Below, in pieces: positions 47,377-56,842 of a DNA stretch of 64,000 nucleotides (position 1 is the stretch's first letter; every line of letters starts with the position of its first letter). Below the pieces are notes generated by a model. The model ran no database searches. It was not told the DNA's origin and saw nothing but the letters and a program-made list of their open reading frames with translations. The translations under genes were made by a program, and so were the position numbers. The DNA is from a virus: the IMG/VR virus record IMGVR_UViG_3300020391_000003, positions 64,001-128,000 of that record. One strand, 5' to 3'.

Positions 47377-47637
47377 TTAGTAAACGAATTGCTCGGTTGA
47401 GTCAACAAAGGAATGCTCGACGGAAACCTCTTCGGTGTTCCATGCGTTGCCTTCTAGGCGACGAGCTTCAGACAAAGCCCAAAAGTGATCAAGGTCTTGG
47501 TCAAGATGAGCCGAAACCTTGGTATTGAAAACTCTCGTTTCGGTTGGGTCTTCGACTGAAGACTGCACGATGCGAAGAGTGACATTGAGAAACTCGACTC
47601 TGCGAGTGGGAACATTTCTATTTGAAGTATTTAACAT
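47377..47637 (-). CDS. Hypothetical protein
   Basis: Own TTGACT promoter, ATG 6 nt after -10. Confidence 0.6.
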   Translation of the reverse strand: MLNTSNRNVPTRRVEFLNVTLRIVQSSVEDPTETRVFNTKVSAHLDQDLDHFWALSEARRLEGNAWNTEEVSVEHSFVDSTEQFVY

Positions 47638-47684
47638 AATTTTAATCTAACGAATTTTTTTGTGAAAGTCAAGAAAAAAGTTTA

Positions 47685-48146
47685 TTATTTTAATTCCCAA
47701 AGTTCGGGATGAGAAGCCCAATGAAAAACGAATCGACCTTGATTTTGTTGGGCAAATTCAATTTCAAACTGAGAAGGCTCCACACCATAACGCAAACGAA
47801 AGTTTGCCTCAGATGCAGAAATGCCAAGCTCTTTTTTAAGCTTAACAACTTCACCCATGCGTGGACGAGCAAGTTTGTTCTTGAAAGTTTTTTCAAGCTT
47901 TGGAGCTTTTGGAGCAAAGGTTGAGGAATCAACTTGAAAACGCTCGGGAGCGGATTCATTCCAAAGGGTAGCAACTTCGGCAGGGTCTTTGCCGTTTACA
48001 ACAAGGTTGTGAGCCATTGACTCAAGAGATTTGCGAGCATCTCTGCCACGACTCCAAACTGAGTGATCATCAGCAAAGTTGAAGAACCAATCATGAGATT
48101 CTAAAGCGTTTATAAAGTTTGTTAGAGCATTATCAATCTTAATCAT
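47685..48146 (-). CDS. Hypothetical protein
   Basis: LESHDWFFNFADDHSVWSRG motif; own promoter. Confidence 0.65.
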   Translation of the reverse strand: MIKIDNALTNFINALESHDWFFNFADDHSVWSRGRDARKSLESMAHNLVVNGKDPAEVATLWNESAPERFQVDSSTFAPKAPKLEKTFKNKLARPRMGEVVKLKKELGISASEANFRLRYGVEPSQFEIEFAQQNQGRFVFHWASHPELWELK

Positions 48147-48194
48147 AATTACAATGTAGCATAAAAAGTGTTAAAAGTCAAGAAAAAAATGAAT

Positions 48195-48341
48195 TTATTT
48201 TAGGGCTTCCACGATCATCTCAAGAGTCCAAAGGTGACCACCTGGGCATTCCCAAAGATCAAAAGCCTCAGACATCGGGCTTACTTGAATGCGAACAAGA
48301 TCATTATCTTGTATGAATTGTACTATTTCTTTATCTAACAT
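48195..48341 (-). CDS. Small hypothetical protein (48 aa, not in track)
   Basis: MLDKEIVQFIQDNDLVRIQVSPMSEAFDLWECPGGHLWTLEMIVEALK; directly behind the E6 promoter. Confidence 0.55.
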   Translation of the reverse strand: MLDKEIVQFIQDNDLVRIQVSPMSEAFDLWECPGGHLWTLEMIVEALK

Positions 48342-48367
48342 ACCTACAAACTAAACCATAAAACCCG

Positions 48368-48446
48368 AAAAGTCAAGAAAAACTTTCAACTATTTTATTG
48401 CACAATCCTGTTGCGGGGGGGCCCTCCAGAGGATAAGATAACTTTT
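48368..48446 (-). repeat. Element copy E6, including a 39-bp promoter-containing repeat
   Basis: 39-mer AAAAGTCAAGAAAAACTTTCAACTATTTTATTGCACAAT at 48368-48406, GGGGGGGCCCTCC, AACTTTT 48440. Confidence 0.85.
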
Positions 48447-48451
48447 TAAAG

Positions 48452-48661
48452 CTATCCGTTATACTTGTATTTTTTGTCTTGCTCGTAGGCTTCTGCCCAC
48501 ATTGCAGCTTCGTGATCATCTGCGATCTCGACAATTTCAGCGTCATCGCCATAAGACTTGAGTCTTTCGCTTTTGAATTCTTCGATGTTTGCAATTCCAC
48601 CGAGTTCGAAGATTCTTTCTTTATCTCCGAGATAGTATTTGATTTTAACTTTCTTAAACAT
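48452..48661 (-). CDS. Acidic hypothetical protein
   Basis: TTGACT-17-TAGGTT, ATG 6 nt later. Confidence 0.6.
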   Translation of the reverse strand: MFKKVKIKYYLGDKERIFELGGIANIEEFKSERLKSYGDDAEIVEIADDHEAAMWAEAYEQDKKYKYNG

Positions 48662-48687
48662 ACCTATAACCTAGCACAAGAACTGCA

Positions 48688-48726
48688 AAAAGTCAAGAAA
48701 AACTTTCAACTATTTTTTTGCACTAT
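48688..48726 (-). repeat. Second copy of the 39-bp promoter repeat (2 mismatches)
   Basis: AAAAGTCAAGAAAAACTTTCAACTATTTTTTTGCACTAT. Confidence 0.85.
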
Positions 48727-49046
48727 TCAACTGGAGGAAGAACTTGCCTTGTAGTATTGGGTTCGTGAGTCTTAACGAACCAAGCGGATGGGTCAATGAT
48801 TTGACCGTTTAGGCAAGCCTCAAAGTCAACTTGATGAAAGCCTAATCCTGTTATTCCGTTGACTCTTTCTCTTGTGGTTGGTGTATTCCAACCTGCAAGC
48901 GTAGCCATCACCAAACCGCTAGGATCACGGGTTACAATCTTGTTGCCATGCAACCAAACGCTTTCTCCGTCGGTGTGAGTATTGCCAACGGTTTTCGCTT
49001 GGCGGTTTTCAAATGCTTGTTTTATTTGTTCTGTGACTTTTCGCAT
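48723..49046 (-). CDS. Hypothetical phage protein (start corrected)
   Basis: MRKVTEQIKQAF..LHGNKI..AGWNTPTTRERVN. Confidence 0.65.
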   Translation of the reverse strand: MRKVTEQIKQAFENRQAKTVGNTHTDGESVWLHGNKIVTRDPSGLVMATLAGWNTPTTRERVNGITGLGFHQVDFEACLNGQIIDPSAWFVKTHEPNTTRQVLPPVE

Positions 49047-49048
49047 AA

Positions 49049-49291
49049 TTATTTTTTGTGTGTTAATTCTATTTGAAGATTTGTTGCTTGTTGCACAAAG
49101 TTGAGAGCATCTAGGATCGCTTGACCCTGAGTAATTGAGCCTTGCCAATCAGAAGAACTTGAGACTTCAGCGAGGAACTGCAGGTTACCTTGAGCTTTGG
49201 AAAGTAGTTGCACAATGTCAAGCTGTTTGGAAGCACGATTGCCGAGCTTGGTCATTGAAAGAATTTTTTCGCGTTCGGTTAAGTTTTGCAT
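49049..49291 (-). CDS. Hypothetical protein
   Basis: Own promoter TTGACA..TAGAAT, ATG 6 nt later. Confidence 0.6.
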   Translation of the reverse strand: MQNLTEREKILSMTKLGNRASKQLDIVQLLSKAQGNLQFLAEVSSSSDWQGSITQGQAILDALNFVQQATNLQIELTHKK

Positions 49292-49331
49292 GATTCTATT
49301 CTAGTGATTTGGTTGCTTGTGTCAAGCTTTA

Positions 49332-49532
49332 TTATTGAAAAACGACATTAAAACGAAACTGATTGAGACCTTCGTCTCGCATTATTCGATTGAGATGAGA
49401 TTGACTTGAAGCAGTGCGAACGCGTGGGCGTTCGTTGCCTTCTGCATCGACTCCTTGGTCGAAGATTTTGACAGCCCAATGGGTTGACCATCTTTTAATT
49501 CTTACTTGTATTGTTTTATTATTCTTAATCAT
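49332..49532 (-). CDS. Small basic hypothetical protein
   Basis: 66 aa ORF. Confidence 0.55.
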   Translation of the reverse strand: MIKNNKTIQVRIKRWSTHWAVKIFDQGVDAEGNERPRVRTASSQSHLNRIMRDEGLNQFRFNVVFQ

Positions 49533-49584
49533 ATTTTTAATCTAATCTATTTTTTACTAAAAGTCAAGCTTTTTTTTAATTATT

Positions 49585-49770
49585 TTACTCCCATTCGGAG
49601 TGATGACCAAAGTCGATGTCCTCGACTTCTTGGAAGTCAAGGAGTGCAACCTTGTCCTGAAGGTCGCCGATTTCGTTGCGAATTGCAACAAGGTCAGCGG
49701 AAGTGAGAACGGAGTCCGCGAGGACTTCGCGAAGGAGAGAGATTTTGTTGAGCATTTCGGACTTAGTCAT
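49585..49770 (-). CDS. Coiled-coil hypothetical protein
   Basis: 61 aa ORF. Confidence 0.55.
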   Translation of the reverse strand: MTKSEMLNKISLLREVLADSVLTSADLVAIRNEIGDLQDKVALLDFQEVEDIDFGHHSEWE

Positions 49771-49846
49771 AATTTTTTTTGCGTTAGGTTTTCTTAATGT
49801 TATATTTACAATCTATCAGATGAATCGGTAAAAGTCAAGTTTTTTT

Positions 49847-49909
49847 TTACTTTTTTTTAATTATTTTAGTGAGGATAAGAATTTTTTCTCTTTCGGTCAA
49901 GTTTGTCAT
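49847..49909 (-). pseudogene. 20-codon remnant paralogous to the N-terminus of 49049-49291
   Basis: MTNLTEREKILILTK vs MQNLTEREKILSMTK. Confidence 0.55.
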
Positions 49910-49967
49910 TTTTATATTTGTTATATTGTTTATCTTATTATGTATATAACATAGCACAGAAACGCAC

Positions 49968-50006
49968 AAAAGTCAAGAAAAACTTTCAACTATTTTATTG
50001 CACAAT
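49968..50006 (-). repeat. Third copy of the 39-bp promoter repeat (identical to 48368-48406); element E7
   Basis: Exact match 1600 bp downstream of the first copy. Confidence 0.9.
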
Positions 50007-50126
50007 GCTGCTACCCCACCTACCTAACCCTACCCATTAAATGAATTAATTTTGCAATCGTATTGTGCAGCAACCGCCGGGGGTGGTTTTTTTCAATATG
50101 AAATTCATTTTATAATTTTTATTACA

Positions 50127-50195
50127 TATCTTGAATTAAAAAAATACCAGGCTATACAAAACCAATCTGCGCTATTATCTTGAATTAAAAAAATA
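50127..50195 (+). repeat. 20-bp direct repeat TATCTTGAATTAAAAAAATA x2
   Basis: Copies at 50127-50146 and 50176-50195. Confidence 0.85.
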
Positions 50196-50228
50196 ATTTG
50201 TGTACTTTATTTTATATTATTCTATATC

Positions 50229-50969
50229 ATGCCTCGACGCAAGAAAAAACCCGAGATCGTGGACGAAGCACAGATCGCAAAGATTAAGGCTTCTCTGACC
50301 AAAACTAACATCAAGCTAAAAAAACTAAAGCTCACAGACAAACAGTTAGAATTATTAAAAATTATATTTGACAAAGATTCAAAAATAATATTTATAAGTG
50401 GACCCGCAGGAACCAGCAAAACATTTGTCGCAATATATGGTGCTCTGCAGTTATTCAACATGAACAATGAGCGCAGCATAACATATGTTCGAACTATTGC
50501 CGAAAGCGGCGAAAAGAGTTTAGGCGCACTTCCTGGAGAAATGGCAGAAAAAATTAATCCGTACATGATGCCCATGAACGAAAAGCTCGAAGAACTTTTG
50601 TTGGCTGGACAAGCTCGAACTGTAAAAGAAGAAGATATAATAAAAGGCATGCCAATTAATTATTTACGCGGAGCAAGTTGGAGAAATGAAATTGTAATTG
50701 CTGATGAATCACAAAATTTTACATTCAAAGAATTAACTACTTTAATGACGCGATTAGGAGAAAACAGTAAATTAATTATTTGTGGTGATCCTATGCAAAG
50801 TGATATCAATGGAAAAAGTGGATTTTCAGATATGTATACATTATTTAATGATACTGAAAGCAAAAACAAAGGCGTTCATACATTTTGCTTTGGGCCTGAA
50901 GATATCAAGCGCAGCGAAATACTAAAATTTATCATCGAAAAGCTCAGAACCACAAAACGACAAAAATAG
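50229..50969 (+). CDS. phoH: PhoH-family ATPase
   Basis: GPAGTSKT, YLRGASW, IADESQN, LMTRLGENSKLIICGDPMQSDI, DIKRS. Confidence 0.92.
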   Translation: MPRRKKKPEIVDEAQIAKIKASLTKTNIKLKKLKLTDKQLELLKIIFDKDSKIIFISGPAGTSKTFVAIYGALQLFNMNNERSITYVRTIAESGEKSLGALPGEMAEKINPYMMPMNEKLEELLLAGQARTVKEEDIIKGMPINYLRGASWRNEIVIADESQNFTFKELTTLMTRLGENSKLIICGDPMQSDINGKSGFSDMYTLFNDTESKNKGVHTFCFGPEDIKRSEILKFIIEKLRTTKRQK

Positions 50970-50983
50970 TGTAGTATATACAT

Positions 50984-53446
50984 ATGAGCGAGATAACACC
51001 CCCAAGCCCAATTATTTCTCTAAATCTTGGGCCCCAAAATCCAGGCAACACTCCAGTGCGTTATTTTTTCGCGCAATTTATGCCTGATTGGGGTGGGCCG
51101 TCTCGCGATTTTGTAATAAATTTTCCATACTACAAACTGCAGTCTGGTCAACGAGTGTTTGATAATAGAATTGCTTTTACCAAAGAATCTTTAACTGCTG
51201 AGTACAGAAGAGTGAATGGTTTGGCCTCTGTGGCATCGGTATCAGATTCTGACCTGCAAACATATTGGAATTCGGTTACAAAAATTAAAGTTAAATTTGC
51301 TTACTTCGGTCATCGAGGTCAGGCATTAGGTACGTCTGGTAGTTATAGTAGCTGGATAGCAAGTTCAAAAACCTATGACCGTACTCCAATAACAGGAACC
51401 ATAACAATTGAGGGAACAAATACAAACGTAAGTGCCCAAGATTTGATCAACGGAAGTACCGCATGGCCTACAGAATCAGAATTCAACGCGATTCAGACGC
51501 ATTTCCGAAAATTTGCAGCGGCGCTTTTTACAGATAATGTTGAGTATGAAATCAATGTGCCTGATGGAGCAAGTGATAATTTTTGGCTAGATGTAGATGC
51601 GGGTGACCCTCGTAATCTTGTAGGCGCTGCAGGTAGTACGCCGCTTGATGGACCATGGAAAGGCGTGATTATGGGAGGCCTAAATATCGATTTTCCTGAA
51701 GCGCGAGGATACGCGTTAATGTCAAACGAAGAAGATTACGAAATCTCTACAGAACAATTTGTACCAATATTGGTTTCATATACTACCCCAATGGCCAGCG
51801 CATCAGCATCTGGGCCAGTTGATGTTATAGTCAGAGGTATGGATGCAAGCCACAATACGCTTGCGACAGATACTGAAGCAACCACATTCGATTCAAGCAA
51901 ATATTATCGAGTAAATGTAAATGCCATCGGAGTTGATCACTGGGGTTGGCGCATCGACAAATATGCGGGTGAAAATAGCACAGAAACCATGATGCCTGCA
52001 GGTTCAACATATTTTACAATAAATGGTGTTGATTATCAAGCAAGTGGCGGCACAACATCTTCAAGTAGTGGTGGAAGTACTAGCGTTCCTTTAGCATATA
52101 CTACAGCTCAACAAGCTTGCGACCCTAATGCGAACTTAGATGGATACCTATATGATGAAAACCATTACGTGATTAGATATGCAGCGGTTCAACGTTTTGG
52201 GTCATTTACTGCCCGCGGTCAGGTTTATGAGTTTTATTGTTATGGTTCTGCCAGCTCGTTTGTAACAAATGCCCCGGATTTTACCCCATTTTATACACTT
52301 CAAGCTGAGACATTAAGTTTATTCAACACATCAATCTGTGTTGGATGGGCCGCTTGGCAATATTCGGCTCAGATTAATACGGAAATGGCAGCATTTGGGC
52401 TTGTATATGACGGGGCGAAGAATTCTATTTTACAACATACTCTCGACACCCCGTATGTAGCCGGTTCTAATTTGGCCTCCTCCCAGAATTATAGAGAATA
52501 CATACATCCCCAGAATTGTTCAACATCAAATAATCTAGACGGTTATGACACGAACTCAGCTGCATCTGGTGGTAATGGGGTTGTTGTTATAAATAACGGA
52601 GGACTAACTTCACATATAGAAGCATTGCAGGTCACTGCTGGTACTGATCTAGAACAAATTAGCATTTACCCAATTAAAAAAATTACATCTTCAACACCTT
52701 CAACATTTGATACCTCAGATCGATCCCTATGGGGTGGCACAAATTATCCAAAATTAGATATATTTTATGCCCACGGTCACGGTGGAACTTACAACGGATA
52801 TGGAACTGGCTATACCAAGACATTTATCAATTGGAAACAGGGTTACGGACCGCACTCAGGACAATTGGATCAATGGTCCTGGATGTGGACTCATACGGGG
52901 CATACGGGGTATATATATGGTTCTCGAAAAATAAAAGGAAGATGGCTTGGCGATGCGGGTGGATCCGGTGACGATGATGGCACTCCAGTCTATCCTGGAT
53001 ACAATTTTGGATATTGGGCGCAGCCTTTTGTGAGCCCTCCGGCAGATGGAATATATCCAGACGGATCAACTCGCCCTCATCCTAATAATATTAGTTCCAG
53101 TTCTCACGCAAACATAACATACGGTTACGACTTATCAAATTACGGGAACCCCGCACCCGTTACAGATAGCAATGGAGTTATGACGTGGGAGCGAGCAATG
53201 ATGGGCCCAATTTCAGATATTATGGAATATGATGTAACAATTGGTAGCCAAACCGTAGCTGGGTACCGTTCTGAATTTCGCGGAATAACTTTCGCTGAAA
53301 ATGTAGGGTTCGGACTAAGAAGCACAAGTTGGGACGAGGGTTCAGACGGAGAAACAGCGGGCACCACGTTTAAGGGCGCGGCATTTTTAGTTGTTGGATT
53401 CCAAGATGATGCAGGAGTCTGGCATTACAAAGACGAATACCTTTAA
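50984..53446 (+). CDS. Large Gly/Ser/Thr-rich protein, probable virion structural protein
   Basis: 820 aa, G/S/T/Y-rich composition, located in the structural block. Confidence 0.6.
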   Translation: MSEITPPSPIISLNLGPQNPGNTPVRYFFAQFMPDWGGPSRDFVINFPYYKLQSGQRVFDNRIAFTKESLTAEYRRVNGLASVASVSDSDLQTYWNSVTKIKVKFAYFGHRGQALGTSGSYSSWIASSKTYDRTPITGTITIEGTNTNVSAQDLINGSTAWPTESEFNAIQTHFRKFAAALFTDNVEYEINVPDGASDNFWLDVDAGDPRNLVGAAGSTPLDGPWKGVIMGGLNIDFPEARGYALMSNEEDYEISTEQFVPILVSYTTPMASASASGPVDVIVRGMDASHNTLATDTEATTFDSSKYYRVNVNAIGVDHWGWRIDKYAGENSTETMMPAGSTYFTINGVDYQASGGTTSSSSGGSTSVPLAYTTAQQACDPNANLDGYLYDENHYVIRYAAVQRFGSFTARGQVYEFYCYGSASSFVTNAPDFTPFYTLQAETLSLFNTSICVGWAAWQYSAQINTEMAAFGLVYDGAKNSILQHTLDTPYVAGSNLASSQNYREYIHPQNCSTSNNLDGYDTNSAASGGNGVVVINNGGLTSHIEALQVTAGTDLEQISIYPIKKITSSTPSTFDTSDRSLWGGTNYPKLDIFYAHGHGGTYNGYGTGYTKTFINWKQGYGPHSGQLDQWSWMWTHTGHTGYIYGSRKIKGRWLGDAGGSGDDDGTPVYPGYNFGYWAQPFVSPPADGIYPDGSTRPHPNNISSSSHANITYGYDLSNYGNPAPVTDSNGVMTWERAMMGPISDIMEYDVTIGSQTVAGYRSEFRGITFAENVGFGLRSTSWDEGSDGETAGTTFKGAAFLVVGFQDDAGVWHYKDEYL

Positions 53447-53451
53447 TAAAA

Positions 53452-54012
53452 ATGATACAAAAAAATAATAGTTTAATACCGCAAATTCAGACCGAACTTG
53501 ATGACATCCTCGCAAGCTGGGACCAACTCACTATAAAAAAAGAAACAAACGATTCAATAGATTTTTCATCCCAAGATTCACTCGCTAATGCAATAAATGA
53601 TCGCAAAAGATACAGTAAAATGATCAGTTATGAATTTGGACAAAAACAAAAAGATCTTGCTTTAAAAATTGAAGATATTATTGAAGAACCTGTTCTAGCT
53701 AGGGGTTGCAGTAAATATCCTGCGGGCGGAGGTTTGGTTTGGCATGATAATTTGGAATGTGTTGGAAAAAGATTGTATCTAAGTTTTGCGGTAGAGTCCG
53801 AAAAGAGTTTTTTTAGATATCAAGACTGGGAAACCAAAGAAATAGTTACTTTATATGATCAAGGAGTTTGGGAAGCAAGAGAATTCGAGGTAACATTTGA
53901 AAAGCCCGTTTGGCACTGTGTTGAAAGTGAAACAGAAAGATACAGCTTGGGGTTTTTTGTTGGAGAAAAAGGGTTAAACTTGATGGAAAGGCAGGCTATC
54001 GGTTTATTATGA
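53452..54012 (+). CDS. 2OG-Fe(II) oxygenase-like (DSBH) protein
   Basis: GGLVWHDN (HxD), distal WHCV, RYSLGF. Confidence 0.6.
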   Translation: MIQKNNSLIPQIQTELDDILASWDQLTIKKETNDSIDFSSQDSLANAINDRKRYSKMISYEFGQKQKDLALKIEDIIEEPVLARGCSKYPAGGGLVWHDNLECVGKRLYLSFAVESEKSFFRYQDWETKEIVTLYDQGVWEAREFEVTFEKPVWHCVESETERYSLGFFVGEKGLNLMERQAIGLL

Positions 54013-54383
54013 TAAAAGGTTGGCACGTTTTGGATGGGGATTGGGCCATCGAGGGATTTGAGGATTTAAAGGTAAGTCCTGCTAAATTTGTTAAAGATGA
54101 TATGCGCATTGTTAAATTTGCAGACTTTTGCCACAAGCCTCTTCCGGATATGAATTGTCCTAATTTTAACGTAAATAGGTATCAGAATGCAGATCCAAGA
54201 TTTCCAGGTATTCTTGCCGAAGGTGTACCAAATCCTGAAAATAAAAAATACAGAATGTGCGATGGCAGATATAGATTATTAAAAATGAAAAATAGTGGAA
54301 TAAAAGAAGCGTTATTTATAATAATAAATAAAAAAACATTTATGAACGCTGCCAAACTACAATTTGAAGAGAATTTAACATGA
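54009..54383 (+). CDS. ParB/Srx N-terminal-like protein
   Basis: ADPRFPGIL..YRMCDGRYRL. Confidence 0.5.
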   Translation: MIKGWHVLDGDWAIEGFEDLKVSPAKFVKDDMRIVKFADFCHKPLPDMNCPNFNVNRYQNADPRFPGILAEGVPNPENKKYRMCDGRYRLLKMKNSGIKEALFIIINKKTFMNAAKLQFEENLT

Positions 54384-55519
54384 GCAGAAGATACATGCAG
54401 TCAAGTGGCCCAATCAGCCTAAAGAATATAAAGACATTTATAGACCGAGATTATTATCATCCTGGAGCGGTGGCAGTAAACGGATATTATCCGTTATACA
54501 CTAGCGCTTCTGCTGCAAATGCAAATCAATCCGGAGACGGATCTTCTCATACTCATGTATTCGGGTCAACAACATACTATATGCCCAACGGCCTGACCAT
54601 GGGCACAAATCAATTTCATGGAGATCTTCCCACGGTTAGCTATTCGAATATCAGCCTAGCAACGCTTTTTACTGAAGCTCAAAATACTAGTCCTTCTGCT
54701 GCAGTACTTCCAAATGGTAATTTTACTGCTCCTCACTCGATGAGCGAGTTTCATGATGCATATATACAAATGAGCAGCATTCAAATCACAAGTATCGAAG
54801 AACTTCTTTGGGATTTGGTTATAAATGTAAATGCTCCTGCAGGATCTGCAACAGTTGCATCTGGCGCTGGATCGTATGCGCCAGGAACAGTTGTTAATAT
54901 TTCCGTAAGTTTTGATGCTTCGAGTGAACATTTTACAAATTGGACTGGCGGAACTGTTGCAGATTCAAGTTCATCATCAACCACAGTAACCATGGATGGA
55001 GACAAAACTTTAACCGCAAATCTAGCAGAGCACACTGGACCGTCTCAACCACCCGATGCTGTTGGCCCAACTTGTCGTCAGGTTACAATGCTAAATACAG
55101 GCATGGGATTCACAAGCATTGCGGACATTCAGGCTTTGTTTGGTACAAACATATACTGGATAGACTCGGGCAACCATAAATACAGCAGTCGGACAAGTTT
55201 CGGTGGCGGCAACAGCGGGCTTCCTTATGGTACCGCAGGCGAACTAGATTCTGAGGGCAGAATCACCAAGTGGTGCGCAGGTAATTTTAGCTTTGATGTA
55301 GACGAAGATGATGATGGCCCAGACCCACATACAGTTTACATTCTTCAAGATCCTCTCGAACTCTGGGTTCAAGCACCGAATGGGCGATGGAATAAAGGTT
55401 GGACTAGTAATGGCTGGGGCAATAACAACAATCCCAACCCCAACGGAGTTCCTGATTTTACAAACAGAATTTATGCGAAGTGGACGCAAACACCTTACTT
55501 CTCTTATCAATCGGATTAA
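54380..55519 (+). CDS. Probable virion/tail-associated protein with a divergent InlB B-repeat-like domain
   Basis: SGPISL N-terminus; GAGSY..V..FTNWTG..TVTMDGDKTLTAN repeat. Confidence 0.6.
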   Translation: MSRRYMQSSGPISLKNIKTFIDRDYYHPGAVAVNGYYPLYTSASAANANQSGDGSSHTHVFGSTTYYMPNGLTMGTNQFHGDLPTVSYSNISLATLFTEAQNTSPSAAVLPNGNFTAPHSMSEFHDAYIQMSSIQITSIEELLWDLVINVNAPAGSATVASGAGSYAPGTVVNISVSFDASSEHFTNWTGGTVADSSSSSTTVTMDGDKTLTANLAEHTGPSQPPDAVGPTCRQVTMLNTGMGFTSIADIQALFGTNIYWIDSGNHKYSSRTSFGGGNSGLPYGTAGELDSEGRITKWCAGNFSFDVDEDDDGPDPHTVYILQDPLELWVQAPNGRWNKGWTSNGWGNNNNPNPNGVPDFTNRIYAKWTQTPYFSYQSD

Positions 55520-55522
55520 AAA

Positions 55523-56085
55523 ATATGAAAAATTACGTTTCACTAGAACAGTTCATCGAAGAATTCGAGCAATCGATAAACAACATAATCGAAGATATGC
55601 CTTCTGTGCAAGCAACAAAAGAAGAGCTTGAACAAGCGCTCTCCAAAGAAAACTTGATGAATATAATTGATCAAAAAGAAGATCTATGTCACGCACGATT
55701 GATCGACGACAATGATTCAAGAATTATCTATCGAAAAGTAAGCGGAGATGCTTCGCAGTATCCAAATTTGCGCCCCGAAATTGCAGATCTAAGAATTGAG
55801 GGATACAAGCGTAGTGGATTTTTTGCTTATCCTGAAAATACTTTCTGCGGATGGCACACAAATAGCAATAATACAGGAGAAAGGCTTTACATTGTTTACG
55901 CAGATCAAGACGAAAAAAGTTTTTTTAGATATTACGATTCAGAAAAAGACGCAGTCGTCACCAAGTGGGAGAAAAAGGGAATCAATATAAACAAGTTTAC
56001 GTGCTCGCAAGAAAATTTATTCTGGCACTGCGCGGGCAGCTACTGCAACAGAATTAGCGTAGGGTTCAATAAAATCGAAGACTAA
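55523..56085 (+). CDS. 2OG-Fe(II) oxygenase-like protein, paralog of 53452-54012
   Basis: FCGWHTN, SFFRY, FWHCAG, RISVGF; start at MKNYVSL. Confidence 0.6.
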
Positions 56086-56221
56086 ATCTATACAAGTATA
56101 TTATATAAACTAATTTATAGACACTTTTAAATTAAGCTCTAATCTTGCGTGTATTTATTTCTATGGAAATGCAAGAAATATTGCGAACAGATATAGTTAG
56201 ATTATTAGAAAAATTGGAAAA

Positions 56222-56533
56222 ATGAAATTAATCATCGATTCCTATCTTACTGAGCCACCCAGCGAAATTACTTGTTTTCGCGATATTACATTGTACGCAA
56301 AAACTTTTTGTTTTGAAGATATTTTATTGGAATGTCCTCCAGGTACTCGTAGCATGTACTGGAATTGGCTCAAAAGATACGGCGCGCATGATTTTGTTAG
56401 TTATTTAATTAAGTCCACAGAAATTGAAAGTGGATATACTATAAAAACAACTAAACCTGCCAATATAGTAATCGACAAGTTTGATAACGATAATTTAAAT
56501 TATCTTGTTACTCGCTTTGAGTTTCTTCGCTAG
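56222..56533 (+). CDS. Hypothetical protein
   Basis: 103 aa ORF. Confidence 0.6.
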   Translation: MKLIIDSYLTEPPSEITCFRDITLYAKTFCFEDILLECPPGTRSMYWNWLKRYGAHDFVSYLIKSTEIESGYTIKTTKPANIVIDKFDNDNLNYLVTRFEFLR

Positions 56534-56804
56534 GCTGCTCTTTGGGTTTAAGAGCTTCTTCAAGAATTTTCTGGAAATCTTCTTCGCTTAAATTTTTAAC
56601 CGTTTCTTTTGCGCGGCTCAAAGCTTGATTTTGTACGATTTGAACTAATGTATCCATAGGAACCGCAGATAATGCGTCTACGAGAGTTGATCTTGCTAAA
56701 AAGTCATTTGCAATGTATTGCGTAACTTTTTGCGTTTCTTCCTCTGAAGGAGCGTTAGATTCTTGAGTTTCCTCAGCGTTTTTTTCTAGAGTTGCATCTG
56801 TCAT
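56508..56804 (-). CDS. Acidic hypothetical protein
   Basis: 98 aa ORF. Confidence 0.65.
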   Translation of the reverse strand: MTDATLEKNAEETQESNAPSEEETQKVTQYIANDFLARSTLVDALSAVPMDTLVQIVQNQALSRAKETVKNLSEEDFQKILEEALKPKEQPSEETQSE

Positions 56805-56842
56805 ATATATATGATATAATTATTAAAGATAAATTAAAGTGA

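Noticed and set aside
39208-50032. CCCTAACCC telomere-like words at 39208 and near 50023
   Set aside because: Isolated single units in a phage genome; no tandem array
39725-50086. Calling the GC-palindrome elements integron attC sites
   Set aside because: No RYYYAAC/GTTRRRY core boxes and no integron integrase in the window; reported as a separate element family instead
50127-50195. Repeat-spacer-repeat (20 bp / 29 bp / 20 bp) as a mini CRISPR array
   Set aside because: Only two copies, repeat is short, A-rich and non-palindromic, no cas genes in the window; kept only as an origin-type direct repeat
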